A DNA stretch of 64,000 nucleotides from Lysobacterales bacterium (GTDB lineage: Bacteria > Pseudomonadota > Gammaproteobacteria > Xanthomonadales > SZUA-5). A program made the position numbers and the translations under genes. Positions 19,737 to 34,158 of the stretch are shown here, piece after piece; position 1 is the stretch's first letter; each line of letters starts with the position of its first letter. Below the pieces are notes generated by a model. It was not told where the DNA came from. It saw nothing but the letters and a program-made list of their open reading frames with translations, and did no database searches. The stretch is from the NCBI GenBank assembly GCA_022844165.1, contig JALHMH010000024.1, forward strand, positions 1 to 64,000, in the 5' to 3' direction.

Positions 19737-20753
19737 TCACTCCCCAGGTGCCTCTACCAGATATCCTCGCGCGGCGAGCATCGCGAGATAGCCGTCGCTG
19801 TCCATGACCTGGCGCATCGGCAGTACCGCGAAACTCACTTCATGTTCTGCGATAGCGGCTTCGGCCGCTGCCAGCCATGTTTCCGCAAGGCGTTTGGGCA
19901 GTTCATCGTAGCCGCGCTTTTTGATCACATCCGAACGCATGATGGCGTTCTCGCACGCATGGCGGCGATCGGTGAGCGGCACGTTTTTCAAGGTGGCGAT
20001 GTCGCCATCGGCCCAGGCTGTTGCGCGCGCCTTGGCGGCACCGAGATCCTGCTCAATGAAGGTCATGGTCTGTTTTAAGCAGGCCAGGTCGTCGAGCGAC
20101 GTTGCGTTGAACTCCTTCACCAGTGCTTTGACGTCGTCGATCTTGATCTTGTATTCGGGCTCGATGGGTTTGAGTTTGTTGCGTTTGGCAGCGCGTTTGA
20201 TCACCTTTTGCGTGACGCTGTCCAACTGCAGCCCGACCCGTTCCACCGACCGTTCGTACAGTTCGCCAGCGGCCACCAGTGGCCGGCGCTTCTCGATCGA
20301 GCGATCGCGTGGCATATAGCGCTTCTTGAGGTTGAGAAAGCGCGCGTACTCATCCGCCGGCATCACATCTTTGAGTTTTTCCTTTTCCGGGTTGTTGCGC
20401 ATTCGCATCGCGCTCGGCAACAGTGCCATCGCACCGAAAAATCCCACATCGGCGTCGACTTCAATCCTGGGGCCGAGAAGGACCAGACCCGCATCCTCAA
20501 TCACACCTTCGACGAGCGTCGAATCCCATTTCATGCGTTTCGGCACGGGAGAGACCGTGCCCAAGACCCACAATTCGTGCTCGTCCTTGGACACACGCCA
20601 AAGACCCGGGCCGGGCCGCGCCACGCTGACCACGACCTCCTCAACCGCAATGTCATCATTCTCGCGTTCTGCTTGCGGGACCTCAGCTGGTGGTTCTTGT
20701 GCTGCAATGCCAGCGCTCAGTATGAGCACCGGAAACCAAAGGGCAATTTTCAT
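19737..20753 (-). CDS. TraB/GumN family secreted protein
   Basis: Signal peptide. PGLWRVS..ELWVLGT motif, WADGD and a GYLAMLAARGY C-terminus. Confidence 0.8.
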   Translation of the reverse strand: MKIALWFPVLILSAGIAAQEPPAEVPQAERENDDIAVEEVVVSVARPGPGLWRVSKDEHELWVLGTVSPVPKRMKWDSTLVEGVIEDAGLVLLGPRIEVDADVGFFGAMALLPSAMRMRNNPEKEKLKDVMPADEYARFLNLKKRYMPRDRSIEKRRPLVAAGELYERSVERVGLQLDSVTQKVIKRAAKRNKLKPIEPEYKIKIDDVKALVKEFNATSLDDLACLKQTMTFIEQDLGAAKARATAWADGDIATLKNVPLTDRRHACENAIMRSDVIKKRGYDELPKRLAETWLAAAEAAIAEHEVSFAVLPMRQVMDSDGYLAMLAARGYLVEAPGE

Positions 20754-20909
20754 GAGTTCGTCCAGGTGGTATGGCTGAGTCTTGCGCTTCGCCCAGGGTC
20801 AAAATGCAGCGGAAATCTCTTGCACCGTGGTAAGGCATTACACTAGTCGCTGGAGCGTCAAGCCGCGCTTAAGCGGCCCGGCAACGCTCGCCACTTGACA
20901 AAGGAACTT

Positions 20910-21293
20910 ATGGTCATGTCCGCGCTTCATTCCTGGCACAACGTGGTGCGCACGCGCGATCCGAATGAACTTGCGATATTGCTCGCAGAGGATGTGGTGT
21001 TCCATTCGCCTGTCATGCATCGAGCGATGCGTGGGAGGGCGTTCGCGATGGCCTATCTCACGGCTGCGATGCAGATCATCGGCAACCCAAATTTTCGCTA
21101 TGTGCGCGAGATTGCAGTTGGCGACGAGGCGCTCCTTGAATTTGAAACGGAGATCGACGGCGTGTATGTCAATGGGGTCGATCTCATTCGATTTTGCGAC
21201 GGCAAAATCGTCGACTTCAAAGTCATGTTGCGCCCGACAAAGGCGCTCGAGGTCGTGCAGGCGAAGATGGCGGAACGTCTACAGAAAAACTGA
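20910..21293 (+). CDS. nuclear transport factor 2 (SnoaL-like) family protein
   Basis: Motifs LLAEDVVFHSP, LEFETEIDG..NGVD and FKVMLRP. AAGGA RBS upstream. Confidence 0.85.
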   Translation: MVMSALHSWHNVVRTRDPNELAILLAEDVVFHSPVMHRAMRGRAFAMAYLTAAMQIIGNPNFRYVREIAVGDEALLEFETEIDGVYVNGVDLIRFCDGKIVDFKVMLRPTKALEVVQAKMAERLQKN

Positions 21294-21330
21294 AGTGCGA
21301 CCGTTGCGTGCGCTTTGATAAGCGCTCTAA

Positions 21331-21482
21331 CACGTTGTTGAGAAACGCACTTCCTGTGCGTTTCTCAAGTCGCGAGTTCGGCACATGTCCAGACTCGCTC
21401 TCCATGGATCAAGCACTTACGTGCTCGACCCATGTGCGAACCATCCATGGTTCGCGCCCGCAGGCTGTTTCTCAACAGCCTG
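21331..21482. mobile_element. 152-bp MITE with 16-bp TIRs and CTAA direct flanks
   Basis: TIRs CACGTTGTTGAGAAAC (21331-21346) and CAGGCTGTTGAGAAAC (reverse complement of 21467-21482) match at 14/16. CTAA at 21327-21330 and 21483-21486. Confidence 0.8.
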
Positions 21483-22103
21483 CTAAGTCGAGAATTTCTT
21501 GAGCACCTTAGTCAGCCGTTGCAATAGGTCTCGACGGTTTTGCAAGACCGCCTCGTGGATCGCGCTCAGTCGTTCGTCGTCTTGCCAAGCTATGTGTGTG
21601 CTTTGCTCTTGCATGGCAACGCGAATTTGCGCCAGAAACGTGTCAACTTCATCGGCGCTCGCCAGATGCAGATGCACCGCACGCGTACGCAAAGGATCAA
21701 ACCCGAGGCCGCTGCCGCGTTTAGGATCCAATAGCCACGCTTTGAGCGCGGCGTGTCCCGCTGCATTGAGCGAGTAGCCAATATGCGCGCGCCGACCGCG
21801 CGCACCCATATCGGCGGCCAGTAAGCCGCGTTCGGTCAATCGCCGGAGCATTGGATAGACAGCGCCGGCCGAACCAGACCAAAACTCCGAAGGCGAGTCG
21901 GCGAATGCTCGTGAGATCGCGTAACTGGTCGCAACGCCTCGTCGCGCCACTTCAGCCAATGCTGCGCCTTCAAGATCGGTGAGCTCTGCCAAGTCCAATT
22001 CCTTAGGTTCTGTAGCGCCGCAATCTTGCCCAAATTGGTTGCATTGTTCAAAAAAACAGGTCGCCGTGACTTCCGTCACGTTCATGCCGCCTGTGTCGTC
22101 CAT
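21483..22103 (-). CDS. PadR-family transcriptional regulator (true start may be downstream)
   Basis: wHTH motifs SGSAGAVYPMLRRL..RGL and YSLNAAGHAALKAWL. Confidence 0.8.
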   Translation of the reverse strand: MDDTGGMNVTEVTATCFFEQCNQFGQDCGATEPKELDLAELTDLEGAALAEVARRGVATSYAISRAFADSPSEFWSGSAGAVYPMLRRLTERGLLAADMGARGRRAHIGYSLNAAGHAALKAWLLDPKRGSGLGFDPLRTRAVHLHLASADEVDTFLAQIRVAMQEQSTHIAWQDDERLSAIHEAVLQNRRDLLQRLTKVLKKFST

Positions 22104-22104
22104 A

Positions 22105-22123
22105 TAGTACTAATCGTACTAAT
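22105..22123. promoter_or_regulatory. candidate PadR operator (TAGTACTA palindrome; GTACTAAT x2)
   Basis: AT-rich direct repeat in the short region between the divergent PadR and protease genes. Confidence 0.35.
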
Positions 22124-22137
22124 TATGGAGTTCAGAA

Positions 22138-23067
22138 ATGAATCGTTGTGCCCCAATCCCGGCCATCGTCGCGCTTTGCCTGGCGGTTTCTTCCAGCCAC
22201 ATCCAAGCCCGAACTGACGGCCATGAAACGCACGGCTCTGTTAGTCAGGCGAGTCCAATCGACATAGAGATGAATATCGATGCGCGGCCCAGCATTGCGG
22301 GAAAATTCGGAGGTGTCGATGTCCAGGTCACCTATGACACGGGATCGCAGGGCGGCATGATTGACCGTCGGCTCGTAGAGAAATTTCAGTTGGAGATCAT
22401 CGGCGAAGCCCTGGTTGGCAGCCCGGCCGGTGGCGAGCCCAAGCCAATCCAGTTGGTTTCGATCTCCGGTCTTGAAATTGCGGGTCAGCCAATTCCCGCC
22501 GTAGGGCGAGGGACCGATGCAATCGTGGCTGAAGAAGGAATGATGCCGCCCGGGGTGGAACTGATTATCGGTAACAATCAGTTCCCGGATCGCCAGATCA
22601 CATTGGACTTTGCGAAACGGCGTTTCGTCGTGACCGCCGCGCCAGAAACGGAGTCGGCCGACGTGGCGATTGAAGGTCGGCTGGACGTGCGCGGACTGCC
22701 GGTCGCGGAATTGGAGCTTTCAGGCCAGACACTGCCGGTCCACATCGATACCGGTAACCCAGGCGGAATCGACTTCGGTGGCGATGTACACAAGCAGATC
22801 AAGTTCGAGAGCGAGTTGCGCGCAGGTAAAGAAATTCGCCTGGTCGACAAGGTCATGAGCACCGAGGTTGGTTACCTCAATAGCGACGCTACGCTTCAGG
22901 GTCGAGCCATTCGCCTCCAGGGCAACTTTCGCTTTACCAGCCTGCCTTTCGCGAATGTCGGCGCCAGCGCGATGGCAGGGACACGACTGGTGATCGATAT
23001 GAAGCGTCGCTCCTGGCAGCTTCAGACACCCGCAGAACCTTGGCTGGTGATCGGCAAAGCGTCCTGA
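22138..23067 (+). CDS. secreted two-domain retropepsin-like aspartyl protease
   Basis: Signal peptide. Two D-T-G motifs (YDTGS, IDTGN) and LIIGN. Confidence 0.75.
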   Translation: MNRCAPIPAIVALCLAVSSSHIQARTDGHETHGSVSQASPIDIEMNIDARPSIAGKFGGVDVQVTYDTGSQGGMIDRRLVEKFQLEIIGEALVGSPAGGEPKPIQLVSISGLEIAGQPIPAVGRGTDAIVAEEGMMPPGVELIIGNNQFPDRQITLDFAKRRFVVTAAPETESADVAIEGRLDVRGLPVAELELSGQTLPVHIDTGNPGGIDFGGDVHKQIKFESELRAGKEIRLVDKVMSTEVGYLNSDATLQGRAIRLQGNFRFTSLPFANVGASAMAGTRLVIDMKRRSWQLQTPAEPWLVIGKAS

Positions 23068-23100
23068 CGGCCCGCGGATACGCCGTCTGTCGAACACCAG

Positions 23101-23742
23101 CTATTCGGAGCCCGCAGCCGCCAACGCAGGTGCTGCGGCTCCCTTGAGTTCAGTGGCGTAACGCTTCTGCAATACGCCCACTCGTTGTACGTAAACCTGG
23201 GTTTCAGCGTAGGGCGGAATGCCGCCGAAGCGCAGCACCGCGTTTTCGCCAGCGTTGTAGCCGGCGGCAGCCAGTTCGAAGTCGCCATCGAACATATCGA
23301 GCAACATGCGCAGATGTTTGACGCCTGCAGCAATGTTCTGGTCGGGATCAAACGCATTGGTCACGCCATACATTCCGGCAGTGCCTGGCATCAACTGCAT
23401 CAGTCCCTGAGCGCCAACCGGCGAAAGCGCCTCGTGTCGATAGGCGCTTTCGGCGTGGATGATGGCGCGCACCATCGATTCGTCGACGTTGTTTAGGTTG
23501 CTTGCGGCGGAGATTTGGCCACTGTATGCCGTGAGATTCAGCCCCGTTGCATTCCAGTCGACCTTCGAGTCGACTTTGCAGGCCGGACACGAGTAAGTGC
23601 CAATCACACGCGCTGCGACGCCGCGCGGTTTGATGTTCGTGTACACCGTGATGCCGTTGCGGTCAGTGTACTTGTAGATGTTGGCGGAATGCGCCATTCC
23701 ACTGAGGAGAAGGGCGGCAACCAAGCTCAGTTTGATAATCAT
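23101..23742 (-). CDS. lytic transglycosylase (SLT domain) with N-terminal DUF4124-like domain
   Basis: Motifs IYKYTDRNG..YTN, AESAY, GAQGLMQLMP, YNAG and ETQVYV. Confidence 0.9.
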   Translation of the reverse strand: MIIKLSLVAALLLSGMAHSANIYKYTDRNGITVYTNIKPRGVAARVIGTYSCPACKVDSKVDWNATGLNLTAYSGQISAASNLNNVDESMVRAIIHAESAYRHEALSPVGAQGLMQLMPGTAGMYGVTNAFDPDQNIAAGVKHLRMLLDMFDGDFELAAAGYNAGENAVLRFGGIPPYAETQVYVQRVGVLQKRYATELKGAAAPALAAAGSE

Positions 23743-24017
23743 GGGTAGCGAATTTGGCATCGGCGATATCACCTGGGACCTCAACTCTTGGCGCTAAGTT
23801 TCTGAGAAATGACGGCAAATGGCAATTCGCGGGCAGAAAATAATCGCGATCGGAGTCAACAATTGAGGATGGCGTGGCTATAGTCCGGCGTCTGAAGCGC
23901 TGGTAACGGTCGGTCCAGCGGAGCCGTTGGCGGTCGTGACGTTGACGGGGAGTTGCACGGTTTGCACCTGGCCGTAGGCAGACGCCGTCGAATCCTTACT
24001 CTTAAGAAAGCTCATCC

Positions 24018-25364
24018 ATGCGCGTTTCCATTTTTGGCACCGGCTATGTCGGTCTGGTTACCGGAGCATGTCTTGCCGAAGTCGGCAAACATGTGGTCTG
24101 TGTCGATGTCGATCGTGACAAGATCGATCGGTTGAATGCGGGCGAGATACCGATTTATGAGCCTGGCCTTCATGACATCGTTGCGCGCAATCGCGACGCG
24201 GGTACATTGAAGTTCACGACGGACGCGGCAGAGGCCATCGGTCACGGGGAGATCATTTTTATCGCCGTCGGCACGCCGCCCGACGAAGATGGCAGCGCCG
24301 ACCTGCGATATGTACTCGCGGTCGCGGCCGAGATCGGCAAGCATCTGTCGCGATATGCCGTTGTTGTGAACAAGTCGACCGTCCCGGTGGGCACTGCCGA
24401 TCGCGTTCGCGCGGCGATTGAGCGCGAACTCGGCTCGCGCGCTGTCAACGTGGCATTCGATGTGGTCTCGAACCCTGAATTCCTGAAAGAGGGCGATGCG
24501 GTCAAGGATTGTATGAAGCCAGATCGCATCGTGATCGGCACCACCAGCGCCGAAGCTGTAGCCTTGTTGAAGCGCTTGTATGCGCCATTCAATCGCGATC
24601 ACGAGCGCATCGTTGTGATGGATCCGCGTTCTGCGGAACTGACCAAGTACGCGGCCAATGCGATGCTGGCGACCAAGATCAGTTTCATGAATGAAGTGGC
24701 CAATATTGCCGAACGCGTTGGTGCGGACGTCGAATCGGTGCGGCTGGGTATCGGCTCCGATCCGCGCATCGGTTATGCGTTCATTTATCCCGGCATCGGC
24801 TACGGCGGTTCGTGTTTCCCAAAAGACGTCCAGGCGCTCGGAAGAACAGCCGCCGCGGTGGGTTATCAGACGCGCATTCTGGATGCCGTGGAGGCAGTCA
24901 ACCAGGAGCAGAAGCACAAGCTATTCACACTGATGCAAAAGCACTTCGGCGATCTTGCGGGCAAGACGATTGCGGTCTGGGGCCTGTCGTTCAAGCCAAA
25001 CACCGACGACATGCGCGAGGCGCCGTCTCGACATTTATTGAACGCACTTTGGCAGGCCGGTGCCAAGGTGCGGGCGTTCGATCCAGAGGCGCGTCACGAG
25101 GCCGAGAGAATATTCGGCGCTCGCGCTGACCTGTGCCTCGTCGATGAGCCAATGGACGCCGTGGATAGCGCCCATGCATTGGCGATCGTGACCGAGTGGA
25201 AGGCGTTTTGGAGTCCGGACTTCGCTGCACTGGCGACAATGCTCAAGGACAAGGCGATCTTCGACGGGCGCAACATTTTCGACCCCAAGGCGGTGGAGGC
25301 CGCAGGACTCGCCTACTATGGTATCGGGCGGGGGCGTTCGGTGACGCGGCCGGAGGTGATTTGA
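24018..25364 (+). CDS. ugd: UDP-glucose 6-dehydrogenase
   Basis: Motifs [15 protein letters not shown] and [10 protein letters not shown]. Confidence 0.95.
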   Translation: MRVSIFGTGYVGLVTGACLAEVGKHVVCVDVDRDKIDRLNAGEIPIYEPGLHDIVARNRDAGTLKFTTDAAEAIGHGEIIFIAVGTPPDEDGSADLRYVLAVAAEIGKHLSRYAVVVNKSTVPVGTADRVRAAIERELGSRAVNVAFDVVSNPEFLKEGDAVKDCMKPDRIVIGTTSAEAVALLKRLYAPFNRDHERIVVMDPRSAELTKYAANAMLATKISFMNEVANIAERVGADVESVRLGIGSDPRIGYAFIYPGIGYGGSCFPKDVQALGRTAAAVGYQTRILDAVEAVNQEQKHKLFTLMQKHFGDLAGKTIAVWGLSFKPNTDDMREAPSRHLLNALWQAGAKVRAFDPEARHEAERIFGARADLCLVDEPMDAVDSAHALAIVTEWKAFWSPDFAALATMLKDKAIFDGRNIFDPKAVEAAGLAYYGIGRGRSVTRPEVI

Positions 25365-26314
25365 TGCGTGGCGATCGGAAACGAATCTTGGTGACCGGAG
25401 GCGCGGGATTCGTCGGCTCGCACCTGTGCGATCGGTTGATCGACCAAGGCCATGAAGTGCTGTGCGTCGACAATTATTTTACCGGCAGCAAGAACAATGT
25501 CGAACACTTGCTCGGCCACCCGCGCTTCGAGTTGTTGCGACATGACGTGACCTTTCCGTTGTATGTCGAAGTCGACGAAATCTATAACCTCGCATGTCCT
25601 GCATCGCCTATTCATTACCAGCGAGATCCGGTACAGACGATCAAGACCAGCGTGCATGGTGCAATCAACATGCTCGGACTGGCCAAGCGTCTGCGAGCCA
25701 AAATTTTGCAGGCCTCGACCAGTGAAGTGTACGGCGACCCGCAAGTTCATCCGCAGCCCGAGAACTACTGGGGGCACGTCAATCCGATCGGTATTCGCTC
25801 GTGTTACGACGAAGGCAAGCGCTGCGCGGAAACGCTGTTCTTCGACTATCACCGCCAGCATCGCCTCAGCATAAAAGTCGCGCGCATTTTCAACACCTAT
25901 GGTCCGCGCATGCACCCGGCCGATGGTCGCGTTGTTTCCAACTTCATCGTGCAGGCACTTTCAGGGGAGGCGATCACAGTTTACGGCGATGGTTCCCAGA
26001 CCAGGTCTTTTTGCTTCGTCGATGATCTGGTGGACGGCTTGATTCGCCTGATGAATTCGGACGATACGATCACTGGCCCGATCAATCTGGGCAATCCGGG
26101 TGAGTTCACGATCCGGCAGTTGGCCGAAAAAGTGCTGGCGCTGACTGAATCTCAATCGCAGATCGAACAAAAGGCCCTGCCTTCCGACGATCCGATGCAG
26201 CGCCAGCCGGTGATCGATCAAGCGCGACAAGTGCTTGGTTGGGAACCAAAAATTGCGCTTGATCTCGGGTTGCCACCGACCATTGCGTATTTTCGCAAGC
26301 TGCTGGGCGCCTGA
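25364..26314 (+). CDS. UDP-glucuronate decarboxylase (UDP-xylose synthase)
   Basis: Motifs [25 protein letters not shown] and [14 protein letters not shown]-coupled to ugd. Confidence 0.93.
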   Translation: MRGDRKRILVTGGAGFVGSHLCDRLIDQGHEVLCVDNYFTGSKNNVEHLLGHPRFELLRHDVTFPLYVEVDEIYNLACPASPIHYQRDPVQTIKTSVHGAINMLGLAKRLRAKILQASTSEVYGDPQVHPQPENYWGHVNPIGIRSCYDEGKRCAETLFFDYHRQHRLSIKVARIFNTYGPRMHPADGRVVSNFIVQALSGEAITVYGDGSQTRSFCFVDDLVDGLIRLMNSDDTITGPINLGNPGEFTIRQLAEKVLALTESQSQIEQKALPSDDPMQRQPVIDQARQVLGWEPKIALDLGLPPTIAYFRKLLGA

Positions 26315-26535
26315 ACCGGAATTCAGACAATGCGCCGGTTGCACGTTGCGCGGCGCAAGTCAAGATTGTTCAATGGGTGGCACTTCTCGTACACTGCGCG
26401 GCCCGCAGTATTGCAACGACAGCGGGACGACAGCGCGAACCTTAGCCCTGACTGCGGCTGTGGCCGTGCCGTTGGCGCCTTGACTCCCAGGATTCAAGGT
26501 TCGCATTCGCCAGACTTTCAGGAAGGACAGCGATC

Positions 26536-27042
26536 GTGAAGTGGTACGTCGTCAATACCCGCCCCCGCGAAGAAGCCCGTGCCGTCGAACATCTGACGCG
26601 AGAAGGCTATCAGTGTTTGTACCCACGTATCCGTCGCACGTTGCGGACCACCAAGGGTTTGGTCGATCGCGTCGACTCGCTGTTTCCCAACTATCTGTTC
26701 TTGCATGCCAATCCGATGACGGACAATTTGGCGCGCGTGCGGTCGACGCGAGGCGTGCGAAACCTGGTGCGTTTTGGCCTTGAGCCTGCCGAGGTGCCGC
26801 CGGAGGTGATTGATGAGCTGCAGGTTCGTGCCGACAAACAAAGCGGCGTCATTAAACTGACGGGCCAGACGCGGCAAGAAGTGGCTGCCAAGTTCTCGGA
26901 AGGTGCGTTCGTCGATTTTGGTGGCGTCTTTTTGACGTCGGACGGATCCGAGCGAGTGATCCTGTTGATGCGCGTCTTAGGCGACTACAACAAAGTCAAT
27001 TTGCCCGAAGAGCAGCTTGACGGACGCCAGGTCGCGGCTTAA
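26536..27042 (+). CDS. rfaH: RfaH-like NusG paralog (transcription antiterminator)
   Basis: Motifs WYVVNTRPREE, LFPNYLF, VRSTRGV and C-terminal ERVILLM. Confidence 0.82.
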   Translation: MKWYVVNTRPREEARAVEHLTREGYQCLYPRIRRTLRTTKGLVDRVDSLFPNYLFLHANPMTDNLARVRSTRGVRNLVRFGLEPAEVPPEVIDELQVRADKQSGVIKLTGQTRQEVAAKFSEGAFVDFGGVFLTSDGSERVILLMRVLGDYNKVNLPEEQLDGRQVAA

Positions 27043-27063
27043 CGCTAGCAGAGGGCTGCGCCG

Positions 27064-27714
27064 GTGGGACTATCGCTGCGCGATCAGTTGTTGCAGGCAG
27101 GGTTTCAGGAAAAGAAGCCGGAACCCAAGCCGCCAGCATCCAAAGATCGGCATGGCGAAAAGCCTACGCCGCCATCGGCCAAGGGCAAAGATCGCGATCA
27201 GCGGCACAGGGCGCAGCATTCGAAACCTGCGCCCTCCAGGCCGGTCCAGAATCCGGCGCCGCCAAAGCCGGTCGACCCGGCAAGTGTTTCGTTGGCGCAT
27301 GCTTACCATCTTCGCGCCGAAACTGAAAAACGCGAACGCGAAGAAGCGCAGCGGCGCGCCGAAGAGGCCGCGCGCATCAAACGCGAGCAACGCCTGAAGC
27401 TGCAGCAGTTGGTGGCCGGCAAAGCACTCAACGACAAAGACGCCGAACACGTCCGCAACTTCAGCTACGGCAAAAAGATCCGCAAGGTCAACGTCACGCC
27501 GCAGCAGCTCAGTGCGATTAACGGCGGTGACATGGGTGTCGTCCAGGTCGAAGGTCGCTTTTTGATCCTGGCGGCAGAGCACGTCCGGGCGGTCATGGCC
27601 ATCGCGCCGCACCACGTCGCCGTGTTTATTCCCGACAGCATCGGCGTTTCGAGCAGTAGCGAAGACGACTACAACGACCCGCGTTTTCAGGTGCCCGACG
27701 ATTTAGTCTGGTGA
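27064..27714 (+). CDS. DUF2058 (YaiL-like) family protein
   Basis: SLRDQLLQAG N-terminus and YxDPRFQVPDDLVW C-terminus. Confidence 0.85.
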   Translation: MGLSLRDQLLQAGFQEKKPEPKPPASKDRHGEKPTPPSAKGKDRDQRHRAQHSKPAPSRPVQNPAPPKPVDPASVSLAHAYHLRAETEKREREEAQRRAEEAARIKREQRLKLQQLVAGKALNDKDAEHVRNFSYGKKIRKVNVTPQQLSAINGGDMGVVQVEGRFLILAAEHVRAVMAIAPHHVAVFIPDSIGVSSSSEDDYNDPRFQVPDDLVW

Positions 27715-27777
27715 CTTGCTGCAGATCGAGTTCCTAGAGCCGATAATCCGGACGTCGACTGACTTTACCGAGTCCGA

Positions 27778-27900
27778 ATGCGCCGCGCGATTGAGGTCTT
27801 GAAACAACTGCACGCCGAAGGTGTGCTCGCGGATTTCGCCGTCGGTGGGGTCGTGGCGGCATCGTTCTACACCCCAGCCGTGAAGCACGCGAACGGATAG
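27778..27900 (+). pseudogene. truncated N-terminal fragment resembling a nucleotidyltransferase-like conserved protein
   Basis: 40-codon ORF MRRAIEVLKQLHAEGVLADFAVGGVVAASFYTP... stops before any DxD motif. Confidence 0.4.
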
Positions 27901-27929
27901 AGACCGAAAGACGCCGTGCAGAAACCTCG

Positions 27930-33843
<5,914 letters not shown>

Positions 33844-34042
33844 CCCATCCTCGCGTGTCGCAAAACCGGCCCGACTACAACACAGCTTGTTGCGACGCGT
33901 CAAACGAGTATTTGGCGGTATAGACGTCCGGGCAGAGCGATTCGGCCGTGATTTCCCGTCGGGCTTCGTCTGCCTGGCGTTTCGGGTCGGGTTCGGATGG
34001 AGTTAGGTAAATCGGGTTTTTCGGCAACGATCATGAAACGAT

Positions 34043-34156
34043 CCGAACGACCGGCGGCTGTGCCGCCGGGCCGGACATGCGGAGTGCGGGGTTTTGGCAA
34101 GTACGGTGTCTGGCGAAGCCAACAATGCTCGGCGGTCTGAGGCGAAGCCTCGCCAG
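34043..34156 (+). repeat. right half of the CTAG-flanked structured element (ends CCAG)
   Basis: Closely similar to 17946-18070 (ccgaacgaccggcggctgtgccgc...ctcggcggtctgaggcgaagcctcgc). Confidence 0.85.
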
Positions 34157-34158
34157 GG

